Shown: one piece after another, positions 34,654 to 44,108 of the stretch
Position numbering within the stretch: position 1 is the first letter of the stretch
Layout of the letters: the number at the start of each line of letters is the position of its first letter
IMG/VR virus record: IMGVR_UViG_3300044630_000786
Location: 1 to 52,445 of that record
Origin: a virus
Taxonomy: Duplodnaviria; Caudoviricetes
Direction: 5' to 3' (one strand)
DNA length: 52,445 nucleotides
Notes under the pieces: generated by a model
Seen by the model: the letters and a program-made list of their open reading frames with translations, nothing else
The model's database searches: none
Told to the model about the DNA's origin: nothing
Translations under genes and position numbers: made by a program

Positions 34654-34778
34654 TTCACATTTTCCTTTATTACAATTTTAGCCTGTTCAGCCTTACCATC
34701 AACATAAGATGCAAAGTTGCTTACACCAACTGTTGCGACAACGAATCCCAAGATAAAACCTACAACGACATTACCCAT
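34650..34778 (-). CDS. 42-aa membrane peptide
   Basis: MGNVVVGFILGFVVATVG...; overlapping stop/start. Confidence 0.5.
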   Translation of the reverse strand: MGNVVVGFILGFVVATVGVSNFASYVDGKAEQAKIVIKENVK

Positions 34779-35017
34779 CATCGTTTCTCCATGATTTTCG
34801 ACAGAGCATCGTTTGCTTCACTCAAATCTGTCAGTTCTGTTGCTTGGTCAACTAATTCTAACTTTGCCATTTCAAGCAACTCAAAGGCATAGTCAATATC
34901 GTCTGGCTCTACTGTATTGAACCAATCAACGATAACTTCAGTAGATGCGGTAAGCAAAAACTCAAGATTGTCGAGGTCTCGCTCACTCATATCGCTGTTG
35001 CGGAAACGATTCATCAT
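34778..35017 (-). CDS. Hypothetical protein
   Basis: RDLDNLEFLL...DDIDYAFELL. Confidence 0.6.
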   Translation of the reverse strand: MMNRFRNSDMSERDLDNLEFLLTASTEVIVDWFNTVEPDDIDYAFELLEMAKLELVDQATELTDLSEANDALSKIMEKR

Positions 35018-35021
35018 TATA

Positions 35022-35249
35022 TTAACCCCAATCTTTCTTGTCGCCATACTGCTCGTTATAGTCATACCCAGCATGGTATGCTTCAAGTTCTGCTTCAGTC
35101 GCAGCAGCGATGCGAGGACCTGAATCTCCACCTACGCCACCACGATGTGGGTTGCGAGGACGATCGTAGTAAGAATCAGCCGAACCACGATCAAAGAATG
35201 AGCCATGCTCAGAATCATAGGTTTTACCGTTGTATTCACCGTAACGCAT
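35022..35249 (-). CDS. Hypothetical phage protein
   Basis: HGSFFDRGSADSYY...YHAGY...KDW. Confidence 0.7.
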   Translation of the reverse strand: MRYGEYNGKTYDSEHGSFFDRGSADSYYDRPRNPHRGGVGGDSGPRIAAATEAELEAYHAGYDYNEQYGDKKDWG

Positions 35250-35488
35250 TATTCGTCTCCGTAGTAACCATAATCTTCATCGGTACCAAACCCTGCGGAA
35301 GCAAGTGCCTCAGCATCATACGTGCTGTCGTCTGGCTCGTCCATATCATAGTTACCTTCCTCAAATTCGGAGATAACTTTAACAACATCGGTAAGTGATG
35401 CGCCAGTGATTCTAGCGATAGATTTTGGCTCAAGACCCTCTTCATAGAGTTCTAGGATTTGAGTCTGCAATTCAGAAAAGTATCCCAT
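35249..35488 (-). CDS. Hypothetical acidic protein
   Basis: AGGAG RBS; ALASAGFGTDEDY. Confidence 0.65.
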   Translation of the reverse strand: MGYFSELQTQILELYEEGLEPKSIARITGASLTDVVKVISEFEEGNYDMDEPDDSTYDAEALASAGFGTDEDYGYYGDE

Positions 35489-35500
35489 GAAAATCTCCTA

Positions 35501-35671
35501 TTACTTAAACTCAGAACGATTCATAGCATTCACACCTGAGAACATAAGTCCCAGACCGATAACTGCGCCAGCCAGCTGGTAGTAAAAGTCTTCAGCAGGA
35601 CCAACATCCATGCCACCGACAGCACCAAACACCAACAAAAAGCCAATAACCATACGGATAGAACCCTTCAT
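35501..35671 (-). CDS. Two-TM small membrane protein
   Basis: AAGGA RBS; two hydrophobic helices. Confidence 0.6.
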   Translation of the reverse strand: MKGSIRMVIGFLLVFGAVGGMDVGPAEDFYYQLAGAVIGLGLMFSGVNAMNRSEFK

Positions 35672-35701
35672 TTTGTTTCCTTTTTCAATCATCATAAGAC
35701 T

Positions 35702-35765
35702 ATTATACAGGAATATTGAATTAATGTAAAGCACTAAATTACAAAACCCTACGGTCAGTAGGGTT
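35702..35765 (-). promoter_or_regulatory. Early promoter with upstream stem-loop
   Basis: TTTACA-N17-TATAAT; AACCCTAC/GTAGGGTT. Confidence 0.8.
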
Positions 35766-35766
35766 A

Positions 35767-35822
35767 TTTTTGGGCTTTTGGAGGGGTTTTTGGAGAGTTT
35801 TGGGGAGTTTTGGAGAGGGTTT
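35767..35822. repeat. Imperfect ~10-bp tandem repeat (TTTTGGAGAG-like, about 5 units)
   Basis: ttttgggc ttttggagggg tttttggagag ttttggggag ttttggagaggg. Confidence 0.6.
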
Positions 35823-36165
35823 AATCAGGGTCTACAAACCCTATCTGAAGGTGAATTTTGGGGTCTCCATACTGTCCTCCAACCCCAGCTGTAGTAGGGT
35901 GCATCATCTGGCGAACATGGTCTAGGTTGCAAAGAGCTTCCCAAATAGCCACCTTGTGATTGTAACTTCTAACGACGTTGCAAATATCATCAATGGTTGT
36001 TGTAATCACAAGGGTTTCGCCATCAGTGAGTCCTGGGAAAAAGATGTTCAGTTTCCTATCACGTTTGATGGTGTAAAGTTCCGCACCTTCCCTTAGAGCA
36101 TTGAGTCCATCTGCAGGTTCTTTGTATTCTGGCGCTGGTTTAAATTTATAAACATTGTCACTCAT
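35821..36165 (-). CDS. Hypothetical protein
   Basis: ORF packing. Confidence 0.65.
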   Translation of the reverse strand: MSDNVYKFKPAPEYKEPADGLNALREGAELYTIKRDRKLNIFFPGLTDGETLVITTTIDDICNVVRSYNHKVAIWEALCNLDHVRQMMHPTTAGVGGQYGDPKIHLQIGFVDPD

Positions 36166-36404
36166 TTACTTACCTTGATTGTCACATCATTCATAGTCTT
36201 GTCAAAGGTATAGTCTGATTCAAACTTACCGTCTGTTGAGATCCACTTGTCATCTTTCCAAAGAAACTCAGCAGCAGTCAAATGACCACTCGCAAAATCA
36301 CGATGAAGGACTACCATCTTTTCTTTTTCAGTATAAGTGCGTACCTCAGCTGGTGATGGAACACCCGAATCAATGTTAACAATAGTTGCGATTCTTTTAT
36401 CCAT
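36162..36404 (-). CDS. Hypothetical protein
   Basis: ORF packing. Confidence 0.6.
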   Translation of the reverse strand: MDKRIATIVNIDSGVPSPAEVRTYTEKEKMVVLHRDFASGHLTAAEFLWKDDKWISTDGKFESDYTFDKTMNDVTIKVSK

Positions 36405-36798
36405 TTATGTATCCTGCTTCCGTTACAGCTTTCTTAGTAATTTTTTTGTAAAGTTTTTGTAGTTCCTGATTCTTGACAGCAAGTAGCAACTTTGCTTCAT
36501 CTTTTGCTACACCCTCGAGAAGTTGGATAAACAAACTCTCTCTTCGAATCTTCTGTAAGTCTTCACGTGTAAAAATGTAAAGACGACGCAGTTCTGTATA
36601 TAAGTTTGTCGCTGGCATAGTTTCATGAGCAGCATCTTCCTTGTAAGGTGGATCTGTTTCAGGTAACTTAAACTTATGTTCTTCTAAGAATGCATGTTTA
36701 AAAATAATACCCAACGCAGCATTATTAGCGTAGGTGGTTTTCAACAAGGTAGGATCCTCGTTGATTTCTTTTAAAATATCTGGTATACGTTTAGCCAT
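36397..36798 (-). CDS. Conserved T4-like protein downstream of rnh
   Basis: LPETDPPY, RRESLFIQLLEG...EAKLL. Confidence 0.75.
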   Translation of the reverse strand: MAKRIPDILKEINEDPTLLKTTYANNAALGIIFKHAFLEEHKFKLPETDPPYKEDAAHETMPATNLYTELRRLYIFTREDLQKIRRESLFIQLLEGVAKDEAKLLLAVKNQELQKLYKKITKKAVTEAGYING

Positions 36799-37679
36799 TA
36801 AAATTCCTCAAGTTCATCAAGTAACATTCTACAACGATGAGCAATCAAATAATTCATGACTGACTGCTTATCACCCTTTGGTTTATTATTTATATATGAG
36901 TCCCAGATACCTTGTTTCAAATCTTCTGGGATCAATTTAAAGTCAACCAAGTGTTGGTTACGTTGCCAGTTACGTTTCTCTTCATCGTTGCGACAAGCAT
37001 CAATGCCCTTCTCAAGAAACTCAGTAAGACGTTTTGCGCTCACAGGGGTTTGACGAACACCTTGCACAAAGCAATCATCCTTACTCAGAATGTTAGGGAT
37101 ACCATCACCAGCATCACCCTTTACAATATGCTCAACGATTTGATGTTTGATTTCATCGTGTTTGCTTACAACTGCTTTTTTCTGCATTGGTGACCACTGC
37201 TTCACATTATTGAAGACATGTAGTTGCTTAAAGTCTTTGTCGCTAGAAACGATGATGACTGGTTGTCCTGCTACCTGTGAACCAAACTCGTCAGTAAGAT
37301 ATACAAGAGAAGCGATAATGTCATCAGCTTCAGCACGATCGATGTGAAGTACTTTGTATGGAAAGTGCTCAACCAAATCTTGACGGATCTCGCTCAGCGT
37401 ATCAAATATTAGATGCCAGTCGAGGTCGCTGTTGTCACGTGCTTTCTTGCGCCCAGCCTTGTAGTACTCAAAGTGTTCACGACGCCAGTACTGACGACCA
37501 TCACAGCAGATGACAAGTTCTCCATATTCTTTGCCATACTTTTTCTTGTAGTATTTCAAAGTAGAGATGGTTGCATGACGGATAAGGTTTTTCACTTCCT
37601 CAGGTGTTGAAGTTTTCAACTCACGTTGGAAGGATAAGATGTTGCTTAGAGCAACTTGTGAATAGTCAATTAGAATCAT
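36798..37679 (-). CDS. rnh: T4-type RNase H (5'-3' exonuclease)
   Basis: LIDYSQ, YWRR..F..YK..R, EADDII, SSDKDF.QL, GDAGDGIPN. Confidence 0.92.
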   Translation of the reverse strand: MILIDYSQVALSNILSFQRELKTSTPEEVKNLIRHATISTLKYYKKKYGKEYGELVICCDGRQYWRREHFEYYKAGRKKARDNSDLDWHLIFDTLSEIRQDLVEHFPYKVLHIDRAEADDIIASLVYLTDEFGSQVAGQPVIIVSSDKDFKQLHVFNNVKQWSPMQKKAVVSKHDEIKHQIVEHIVKGDAGDGIPNILSKDDCFVQGVRQTPVSAKRLTEFLEKGIDACRNDEEKRNWQRNQHLVDFKLIPEDLKQGIWDSYINNKPKGDKQSVMNYLIAHRCRMLLDELEEF

Positions 37680-37680
37680 A

Positions 37681-38769
37681 TTAATACACCGCCATGATAA
37701 CACACTCTTCATTCACACGACCATTTGGCGTAGAAGGTTTAGTCTTCAAATCTTTGAACGTAGTATTCAAAGCACGTTTACCCAACTTGGCATAGTCTTT
37801 CACCAACTCTGGTTTACGTAGAGTCTTAGATAATGAAGTAGTAGTGTTGTAATTTAGAATAGTAGTACCTTTGACAGTAAGAGTGTCATTGTCTACAGAT
37901 TTATATACTTGCAGCTTCTTGTACTTAGTATTGAATACCCACACTTCAGAAGCACCGATAATCTTGTATGGCTGAACCGAAGTAATTCCATAGGTTTCAT
38001 CGGTAGCCTTGTACTTCATACGCTTCACAACCTCAGCTGCAGGTTTTGCTTTGCGAGCACGTGGTTTGCGGAAGACAGTTTTCTTAACTTGCTCAGCTTC
38101 ACCGATGAGTGTATCAAGCAAGGCGATAAATCGTTTCAACTGGATCTTAGTAAAGTTGCTGTAGCCCTCAACTAATTGTGGGTCTTTGCCTTCAAGCACT
38201 TCCTCAAGTTCTTTCTTTTGTCTAGAATAGAAGTTGGAGATGTGTTTTGCGATGGGTGCGCTCAGTGCTTTAATTGCTACTGGGATCTGATAATCCTTAG
38301 GACAACCAGCAAGCACAAAATCGTCAATGCTGCCATCAATTTCTCCAGAGATTTCACGTGCTTTCTCAAGAATGCGATCTTGAATAGAAATTACGTTGGT
38401 TGGTTTTTGCTCAGCAACCTGAGTAACAGGTGCAGGTACTAGAGATCTCAGTTGCTCAAGACGATTAACCATCCAAGCAATTTCTTTTTCACGTAGTTCA
38501 TTACCACGCATCAAAATCCTAGCAAGTGTACCGTATGAACGAAACTCATAGTCCGCATCAATTTTATTGAGTTCGGTAGCAAGTTTCTTATCGGTTTTTG
38601 TGAGATAAGACAAAGCCCACTTACGCTTTTCTTTATTCTCGTGTTGCTCGTTATAATAATTCAACGCAGCATGCAGAGACGACTGATAATTTTCTGTATC
38701 GATTGTCGGCTCAGAACCCTTCTGAGATTCAATAAATGCTTTACGTTGTTCAGTGTTCATTTTAGCCAT
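37681..38769 (-). CDS. Conserved T4-like hypothetical protein
   Basis: ALNYYN, QLVEGYS, VKGTTI, KTLRKP, NGRVNE. Confidence 0.75.
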   Translation of the reverse strand: MAKMNTEQRKAFIESQKGSEPTIDTENYQSSLHAALNYYNEQHENKEKRKWALSYLTKTDKKLATELNKIDADYEFRSYGTLARILMRGNELREKEIAWMVNRLEQLRSLVPAPVTQVAEQKPTNVISIQDRILEKAREISGEIDGSIDDFVLAGCPKDYQIPVAIKALSAPIAKHISNFYSRQKKELEEVLEGKDPQLVEGYSNFTKIQLKRFIALLDTLIGEAEQVKKTVFRKPRARKAKPAAEVVKRMKYKATDETYGITSVQPYKIIGASEVWVFNTKYKKLQVYKSVDNDTLTVKGTTILNYNTTTSLSKTLRKPELVKDYAKLGKRALNTTFKDLKTKPSTPNGRVNEECVIMAVY

Positions 38770-38795
38770 AGGTATATACCTCCATTAGAACTATA

Positions 38796-38863
38796 ATTAT
38801 AACATATTCCTGAATTAAAGTAAAGCATTTTGTTGCAGATAACCCTATGGTCTGTAGGGTTAT
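38796..38863 (-). promoter_or_regulatory. Early promoter with upstream stem-loop
   Basis: TTTACT-N17-TATAAT; ATAACCCTA/TAGGGTTAT. Confidence 0.75.
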
Positions 38864-39060
38864 TTTTTACTACGGAAAGTCAACCCACTACCAGAGATAA
38901 CCGCACTCAACACAAAGGCAGCGAGCCAAGTATCAAAAGAATAGGGGATAGTAAGAGTAAACAGAGTATTCAATGACCAAATGGCTGCAAGTGGCATGAA
39001 CACAATAATTGCAGCGACAACTGCAAGCGCAAACAAAATAACAGACAGATCTTTAGTCAT
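38860..39060 (-). CDS. Small membrane protein
   Basis: Two hydrophobic helices. Confidence 0.65.
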   Translation of the reverse strand: MTKDLSVILFALAVVAAIIVFMPLAAIWSLNTLFTLTIPYSFDTWLAAFVLSAVISGSGLTFRSKK

Positions 39061-39313
39061 TGTTCACCACACTTTCATACAGGGTTTCAAACTCTTCATG
39101 ATTAGCCACTTCCTGTGGGAAGTTTTGCTTATGATATACTTTTGCCATTTTAGACAATGTTCGCTTTGATAATTGGAACTGATCAGACATGTCCTTAATA
39201 GTTTCACGAATTAGATCTTTCTCGGCATCAATTCGTGTCATGCTGTTGCTGATCTCAGCAAGCATTTTCTTAATCTTCAGACGATCCGCTGGGTTGCTGA
39301 TTTGATTCATCAT
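39053..39313 (-). CDS. T4 DsbA-like dsDNA-binding protein
   Basis: EISNSMTRIDAEKDLI...KMAKVYHKQNF...FETLYE; near rnh as in T4. Confidence 0.7.
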   Translation of the reverse strand: MMNQISNPADRLKIKKMLAEISNSMTRIDAEKDLIRETIKDMSDQFQLSKRTLSKMAKVYHKQNFPQEVANHEEFETLYESVVNND

Positions 39314-39551
39314 ATTTCTCCGTTTGTTCAAATTTTTGCTCTTGAATAGTTTTTTCTTTAAAAACTTTTCTTGGGTTACCACACATAACACACTTAGGAT
39401 TGCCACAGTTCATAGCATGGTGCTTGGCAAACTTATGTGGTTCTTTTACATTTACTCCGTATTCTTTTGCAATCTTTACTTGTCGTTTGATTGCTGCTTC
39501 TTCTTTGTGAAGACGCTTAGAATGTTTTACTTTATCGTTTTCGCTAGACAT
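39270..39551 (-). CDS. Basic Zn-binding hypothetical protein
   Basis: CGNPKCVMCGNPR. Confidence 0.65.
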   Translation of the reverse strand: MSSENDKVKHSKRLHKEEAAIKRQVKIAKEYGVNVKEPHKFAKHHAMNCGNPKCVMCGNPRKVFKEKTIQEQKFEQTEKYDESNQQPSGSSED

Positions 39552-39564
39552 AGATACTCCTATG

Positions 39565-39900
39565 TTATGCGAGTTTACTCCATTCAATGCGAGTTAAACC
39601 CGAGAGATTGAAACTACGCCATTCGTTTTTCTCAAGATCAAATACTGGAACAGCATCTGTTTGGCTCGTAGATTTTGAATTTGTTGGATGTTGATCAACT
39701 GGAATTTTGCCGATGTCACGTGTGCAATTCATGCGTCTCTTCTCACCGTTCTTCTTGTTAAATTCTACGGTAATAGTATTCTCACTCAAATACTCCATGA
39801 ACCATTCTTTGAATTCTGGCTCCTTAATAATATCCATTGGATCATTACCTGCTGCTTTAGACAAAGCAATAAAATCTACGCCACTGTTACTTGTAATCAT
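39565..39900 (-). CDS. WYL_2/SH3-like domain protein
   Basis: VEFNKKNGEKRRMNCT...VFDLEKNEWRSF. Confidence 0.7.
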   Translation of the reverse strand: MITSNSGVDFIALSKAAGNDPMDIIKEPEFKEWFMEYLSENTITVEFNKKNGEKRRMNCTRDIGKIPVDQHPTNSKSTSQTDAVPVFDLEKNEWRSFNLSGLTRIEWSKLA

Positions 39901-40112
39901 TTCAAATCACTCCTCATATTTCCATTAATTGTATTAAAAAATTCTACAAATTTATCAAACTCACTATTCTCTAAAAACATTTCAAATTTAGAGTGATAAG
40001 ATGTATCATCAATCTTTTGCTGTAGCGTTACATGATGCATACCTGTTACCATACTATGCGATACGGTAGCAGTATAATCAGTTCCATTAGTTTTGAAGAC
40101 GCAGGTTTTCAT
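39897..40112 (-). CDS. Hypothetical protein
   Basis: ORF packing. Confidence 0.55.
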   Translation of the reverse strand: MKTCVFKTNGTDYTATVSHSMVTGMHHVTLQQKIDDTSYHSKFEMFLENSEFDKFVEFFNTINGNMRSDLK

Positions 40113-40300
40113 GCTAAACTCACCTTTACTTTTACGGTATCTCTAGTGATACCTTGGTTATAAAAAGTTATCGATGCTGGATTATCCCTACCAATCTTAT
40201 ACCAATCAACCAAAGTCACAAACCCAGTTTTAGATTTTTGTGTTTTGGTAATCTCAGCTTCACGTGGTCGTGGTCTTAACAATGCAGCAACTTGTGTCAT
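40109..40300 (-). CDS. Hypothetical protein
   Basis: GGAG RBS. Confidence 0.5.
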   Translation of the reverse strand: MTQVAALLRPRPREAEITKTQKSKTGFVTLVDWYKIGRDNPASITFYNQGITRDTVKVKVSLA

Positions 40301-40653
40301 ACATTTTCTCCAGTGGTTTTTGAAATCTTGGCAACTGCTTTGGCAGCAACCCTACAAGCATATTCTAACTCATCATTGTTTTTACGTAAAGTTTCTGCAC
40401 GATCGCACGCTTTACGATAGTTCTCATAAAGTTCTTCAACGTCTTGTTTGAGTTGATTATAGACAGCCATTGATGTCATTTGACGACCCCAAGAACCGTC
40501 TGGTTGTTTTTGCCAACCATTTTTCTCACGCAATTCATCTGTCCAGTTTGGACCTTGGATATATTTTGGTGCAGGTTCAATAAAATCTTCAACTGCAAAA
40601 AATGTTGCTACCTGTTCAAACTTCTTATGGATATCTTCGTGACCAAAAAACAT
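40297..40653 (-). CDS. Hypothetical protein
   Basis: ORF packing. Confidence 0.6.
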   Translation of the reverse strand: MFFGHEDIHKKFEQVATFFAVEDFIEPAPKYIQGPNWTDELREKNGWQKQPDGSWGRQMTSMAVYNQLKQDVEELYENYRKACDRAETLRKNNDELEYACRVAAKAVAKISKTTGENV

Positions 40654-41243
40654 TATTCTCCCTCCAGTTCTTCATACTCATATTCTTCGCTGCGACCATT
40701 CATCTCTGCGTGAATATCACACAGTGTTTGGTGCCATCCGTCAGTGTACCTTTTACCTGGAGAACCACATACCTCACAAGTTTTATAACTCATAGATTCT
40801 GCGAAAGAAATGTAGCTGTAGATTTTATCAGTTGCGCCATTCACATAAAAGCGCAGACCACCAAACTTTTCTTTAACCTGAGTAGCAATAACCTGCCCAT
40901 GTTCTGGTGGGACATCTCTTGGCTTTTCCTGCGAAATAGTTTCCATCTTAGCTGCTCGACCTGCATCGGTTGTCCAAGAGTAGTACTCGTTGAAAAGACG
41001 ATAGTCGCCATGCGCACAATCTTCTAGCATTTGATTCCACTTGATTGCACGTTCACGATCTTTATTTGCATTGTCAATTGTACTTTGAATCATACCGCAA
41101 AGTGTATCGATAATATTATACCAACCATCACCACACTCAAATCCCCAGCACATGGCAGTGTGTTGCATATTACCATGGCGATCGACAAATATCTTAGGGT
41201 ACTTCGCCACTAGTGCTTCATCAAGTTCTTTTCTCACGGACAA
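40653..41243 (-). CDS. Hypothetical phage protein with C-terminal Zn motif
   Basis: ECGDGW, QVKEKFGGLRFY, CEVCG...TLCD.H. Confidence 0.75.
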   Translation of the reverse strand: MSVRKELDEALVAKYPKIFVDRHGNMQHTAMCWGFECGDGWYNIIDTLCGMIQSTIDNANKDRERAIKWNQMLEDCAHGDYRLFNEYYSWTTDAGRAAKMETISQEKPRDVPPEHGQVIATQVKEKFGGLRFYVNGATDKIYSYISFAESMSYKTCEVCGSPGKRYTDGWHQTLCDIHAEMNGRSEEYEYEELEGE

Positions 41244-41470
41244 CCTCCAAATGCATCAATAAGTAAATTGCATGCTGTAATAAATGTTTTATTGTTTACA
41301 ACATCATCAGGGTGTAGCCAATATCCATCTGGATTCAACACACTCTTTGGGTTTGCTTCCCACGCAGCAAGTTCTTCTTGAAGGTAGTCACGCCATTGCG
41401 TTATGTTTGCTACAGTAATTGCATCTGCTGCTTCTTGGGGGATGTTAAATTGTGTCATGCTGTGATCCAA
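41234..41470 (-). CDS. Hypothetical protein
   Basis: ORF packing. Confidence 0.55.
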   Translation of the reverse strand: MDHSMTQFNIPQEAADAITVANITQWRDYLQEELAAWEANPKSVLNPDGYWLHPDDVVNNKTFITACNLLIDAFGGCP

Positions 41471-41811
41471 TAATCGTTTTCTTTGTACTCGATAGACTCG
41501 CTACCATCATACTCGTTGATTTTAAACAAAGTTCCTTTTGGTACCCAAACAATCTCAAGATCGTCTACGCCACCACAGTATACATTACCTTCGCCAAAAA
41601 CTTTATCGCAATATGCAGAAACAAGTTGATAGTGTTGGTCGGCAGTAATTTCACCAAGATCACGTTGAATAGTCAACGCAACGATATTGCTGTCAAACAA
41701 CAACTGGTCAGAAGTAACTCCATCACGGATAGAGTTCCATGTAGACCAACCTGCACCAAATCCTGGAGAGATTAGTACAGCGACCTTATCATTTTCAATT
41801 ACTCTGTTCAT
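41455..41811 (-). CDS. Hypothetical phage protein
   Basis: VAVLISPGFGAGWSTWN...EYDGSE. Confidence 0.7.
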   Translation of the reverse strand: MNRVIENDKVAVLISPGFGAGWSTWNSIRDGVTSDQLLFDSNIVALTIQRDLGEITADQHYQLVSAYCDKVFGEGNVYCGGVDDLEIVWVPKGTLFKINEYDGSESIEYKENDYWITA

Positions 41812-42313
41812 CTTCTTCCTCTTGATTTTCAACCCAGTCTTCGTGATGTTGACGAAGGTTACCAAACTCAATCAAATCTTCTGGCAACTGCTCGATACTT
41901 TCGAGATCTGAAATGTCATACTCAAAATAGTCATCATTACCGTTGTCGAACACACCAGCGAAACCCATACCACCTTCATGGTATAGCGCATATACCTCAA
42001 ACTCTTCTTCAATCAAGTGATAGTACAACTGAGTAGGTGGCGACCATGCTGTCTCATAATAAACTGTGATGGCATTATCATCGTCACGATTCCAGTCAAT
42101 AATAGAAGCATCCCACTTAGTACCCCAGTTTTGTATATTCCAATCATACCAATTTTCTTCTTTGTCAGCAGGGCGAGGACGCAAAGTGTTAAAGAGTTGA
42201 CAATCACCTTTACCATTATCCCATTTCATCAACTCCATCTCGATGACATCGATTTTGGTTTTATCTTCGTGTTTAATAGTTACGCTGTTATCACACCAAT
42301 TAGGCATTGTCAT
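41795..42313 (-). CDS. DUF1281/YubB ferredoxin-like domain protein
   Basis: MPNWC, WYDWNIQNWGTKWD, TAWSPP. Confidence 0.75.
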   Translation of the reverse strand: MTMPNWCDNSVTIKHEDKTKIDVIEMELMKWDNGKGDCQLFNTLRPRPADKEENWYDWNIQNWGTKWDASIIDWNRDDDNAITVYYETAWSPPTQLYYHLIEEEFEVYALYHEGGMGFAGVFDNGNDDYFEYDISDLESIEQLPEDLIEFGNLRQHHEDWVENQEEEDEQSN

Positions 42314-42449
42314 ACTCCTTCATAATTTTAAATTCGCTGATACGTGCATACTCTTTCTTAGAACGAACAACACGCATACGGTACTTCGGTGTGCGTAGAT
42401 CCTTCGCAACTAAGTTACGTGGCTTCTTAGGTTTAAGTTTAGTTTCCAT
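42300..42449 (-). CDS. 49-aa basic peptide (leaderless; weakly ArfA-like)
   Basis: METKLKPKKPRNLVAKDLRTPKYRMRVVRSKKEYAR...; 6 nt between TATAAT and ATG. Confidence 0.6.
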   Translation of the reverse strand: METKLKPKKPRNLVAKDLRTPKYRMRVVRSKKEYARISEFKIMKEYDNA

Positions 42450-42455
42450 AGTATT

Positions 42456-42484
42456 ATTATACAATATGTTCTAATTTAAGTAAA
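42456..42484 (-). promoter_or_regulatory. Early promoter
   Basis: TTTACT-N17-TATAAT. Confidence 0.7.
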
Positions 42485-42495
42485 GTAGTTCCAAG

Positions 42496-43818
42496 TTACT
42501 TTATACTCTTGCTAGTGTCTGCTTCAGTTTTGTCTTCACGCACCTCAAGAAAGATTGGAAGAAATAGACTCTCAGCTCCAAGTTTATTCTTAATTCTAGC
42601 ATTATACTTGACAGCCACAATCTTGCCAACCAAATCTTTCTTGGTAAGCGTCTTACGATGTACATCATTGAATCCGCTCCCAACTTTAACATTTACAATA
42701 CCATCTGCTGATTCGCAAATAATTGCTCCCAGCATTCCCTCGTACTTACCTGTACCATCTTCAACATCAACAATCCTCAGGTCACATTCCAACTCACCTT
42801 TAAATTTAATTTGATGCTTGGCACGTTTGTCTTCCCATGGACCGTTTCCGTCTTTTAGGATGATACCTTCCAATCCTTGTGAAAGATATTTCTCAAAAAT
42901 TTCATTGGCTTCTTCTTGCGTCTCTACAATATCACTAGCAACCAACCAGATTTTCTTTTGTGTTTTGAATGGCGCAACATCCAAAATTGTTTTCAATCTA
43001 GAGAACCTAGTGCTGTAAGGTGTACCGCAATAAGAATCTACAAACAGAATATATGGAATAGCATCCCAAACTGAAGCATGAACCATGTCCGCTTCTTTCG
43101 CTGAGATAGTTCCCTTAACAGCTTTGTTCAAAATACCATTACCTGTTTGGCGATCCATAAACTGACAACCATCAGGATCCATTACCATCAACTCGCCATC
43201 AAACACCATGTCTGAGCCAGCAGCAATCATAATGAATTGATCTTTCAAATCTGTATCTAACAGAATTTCTTTACCATTACGGCTACGGAATTCACACTTA
43301 CCATCTCTGACGATAGCGTTGAAGCGCATCCCGTCCATTTTCAGCTGGACGTAGGCTGGGAATTTTATTTTGTCTACCAGTTTCTGTTCGAACTGGCTGC
43401 AAAGCATTACTGGATATTCGCTCACCAAACCAGTCCACACTGCGTTTGCTGTCGATACGCTGACCCCACATTTTAGATCCTTTTGAATAATGCGTTCAAT
43501 AACCTTTGCGTCGTCTGGTTCCAAACCAGAAAGAATCGCACGTAGATGAGCAATGGCTGCGTTACCTGTTACCTCACGATTAGAGAGATAACTTAAATTC
43601 TCGATTGCCATCTCTAGCGATGTTTGGTGCTCAGAATCTTTACCAACAAATTCATACTCAGGAATTTTTCTCTGATAGAATTGAGTGAAAGGATCCAAAG
43701 CAAGACGAACAACTTCTCTCAGTAGCACGTTGCCTTTGTTTTTATTCAGCTGTTCTAGTTTAAAGTTCCTAGAATTATCACTAGCCAAATCGTCAAGGAA
43801 TTTATTTATATTCATCAT
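42496..43818 (-). CDS. ATP-dependent DNA ligase (T4 gp30-like)
   Basis: QLKMDGMR, FDGEL, EGIILK, KFK, VGSGF, SLFLP. Confidence 0.95.
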   Translation of the reverse strand: MMNINKFLDDLASDNSRNFKLEQLNKNKGNVLLREVVRLALDPFTQFYQRKIPEYEFVGKDSEHQTSLEMAIENLSYLSNREVTGNAAIAHLRAILSGLEPDDAKVIERIIQKDLKCGVSVSTANAVWTGLVSEYPVMLCSQFEQKLVDKIKFPAYVQLKMDGMRFNAIVRDGKCEFRSRNGKEILLDTDLKDQFIMIAAGSDMVFDGELMVMDPDGCQFMDRQTGNGILNKAVKGTISAKEADMVHASVWDAIPYILFVDSYCGTPYSTRFSRLKTILDVAPFKTQKKIWLVASDIVETQEEANEIFEKYLSQGLEGIILKDGNGPWEDKRAKHQIKFKGELECDLRIVDVEDGTGKYEGMLGAIICESADGIVNVKVGSGFNDVHRKTLTKKDLVGKIVAVKYNARIKNKLGAESLFLPIFLEVREDKTEADTSKSIK

Positions 43819-44108
43819 TTAAAAATTCCTGACCAAGTTTGCAACTTCATCAGTTTCTCATTCTTTGCTGTCATTACAGCAGATTCACTCAACATACCGT
43901 TGTCAATCATCAAGTCAATCATGCACATGAGATCGCCAACTTCTTCTTCAAGACGTTCACGATTGCTTCTACCTTTGTGCTCAGACTCCATACCGAAGCG
44001 GAAAACCTTGCTGATGGCTTGCGTAACCTCAGCACACTCTTCTTGAGTAATCAGCAGAATTTCTTTGTTCTGCTCATTCTCTTTTTTCACTTGTTCAAAT
44101 TTGTTCAT
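43815..44108 (-). CDS. MazG-like pyrophosphohydrolase
   Basis: QEECAEV...LEEEVGDL. Confidence 0.75.
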   Translation of the reverse strand: MNKFEQVKKENEQNKEILLITQEECAEVTQAISKVFRFGMESEHKGRSNRERLEEEVGDLMCMIDLMIDNGMLSESAVMTAKNEKLMKLQTWSGIFK

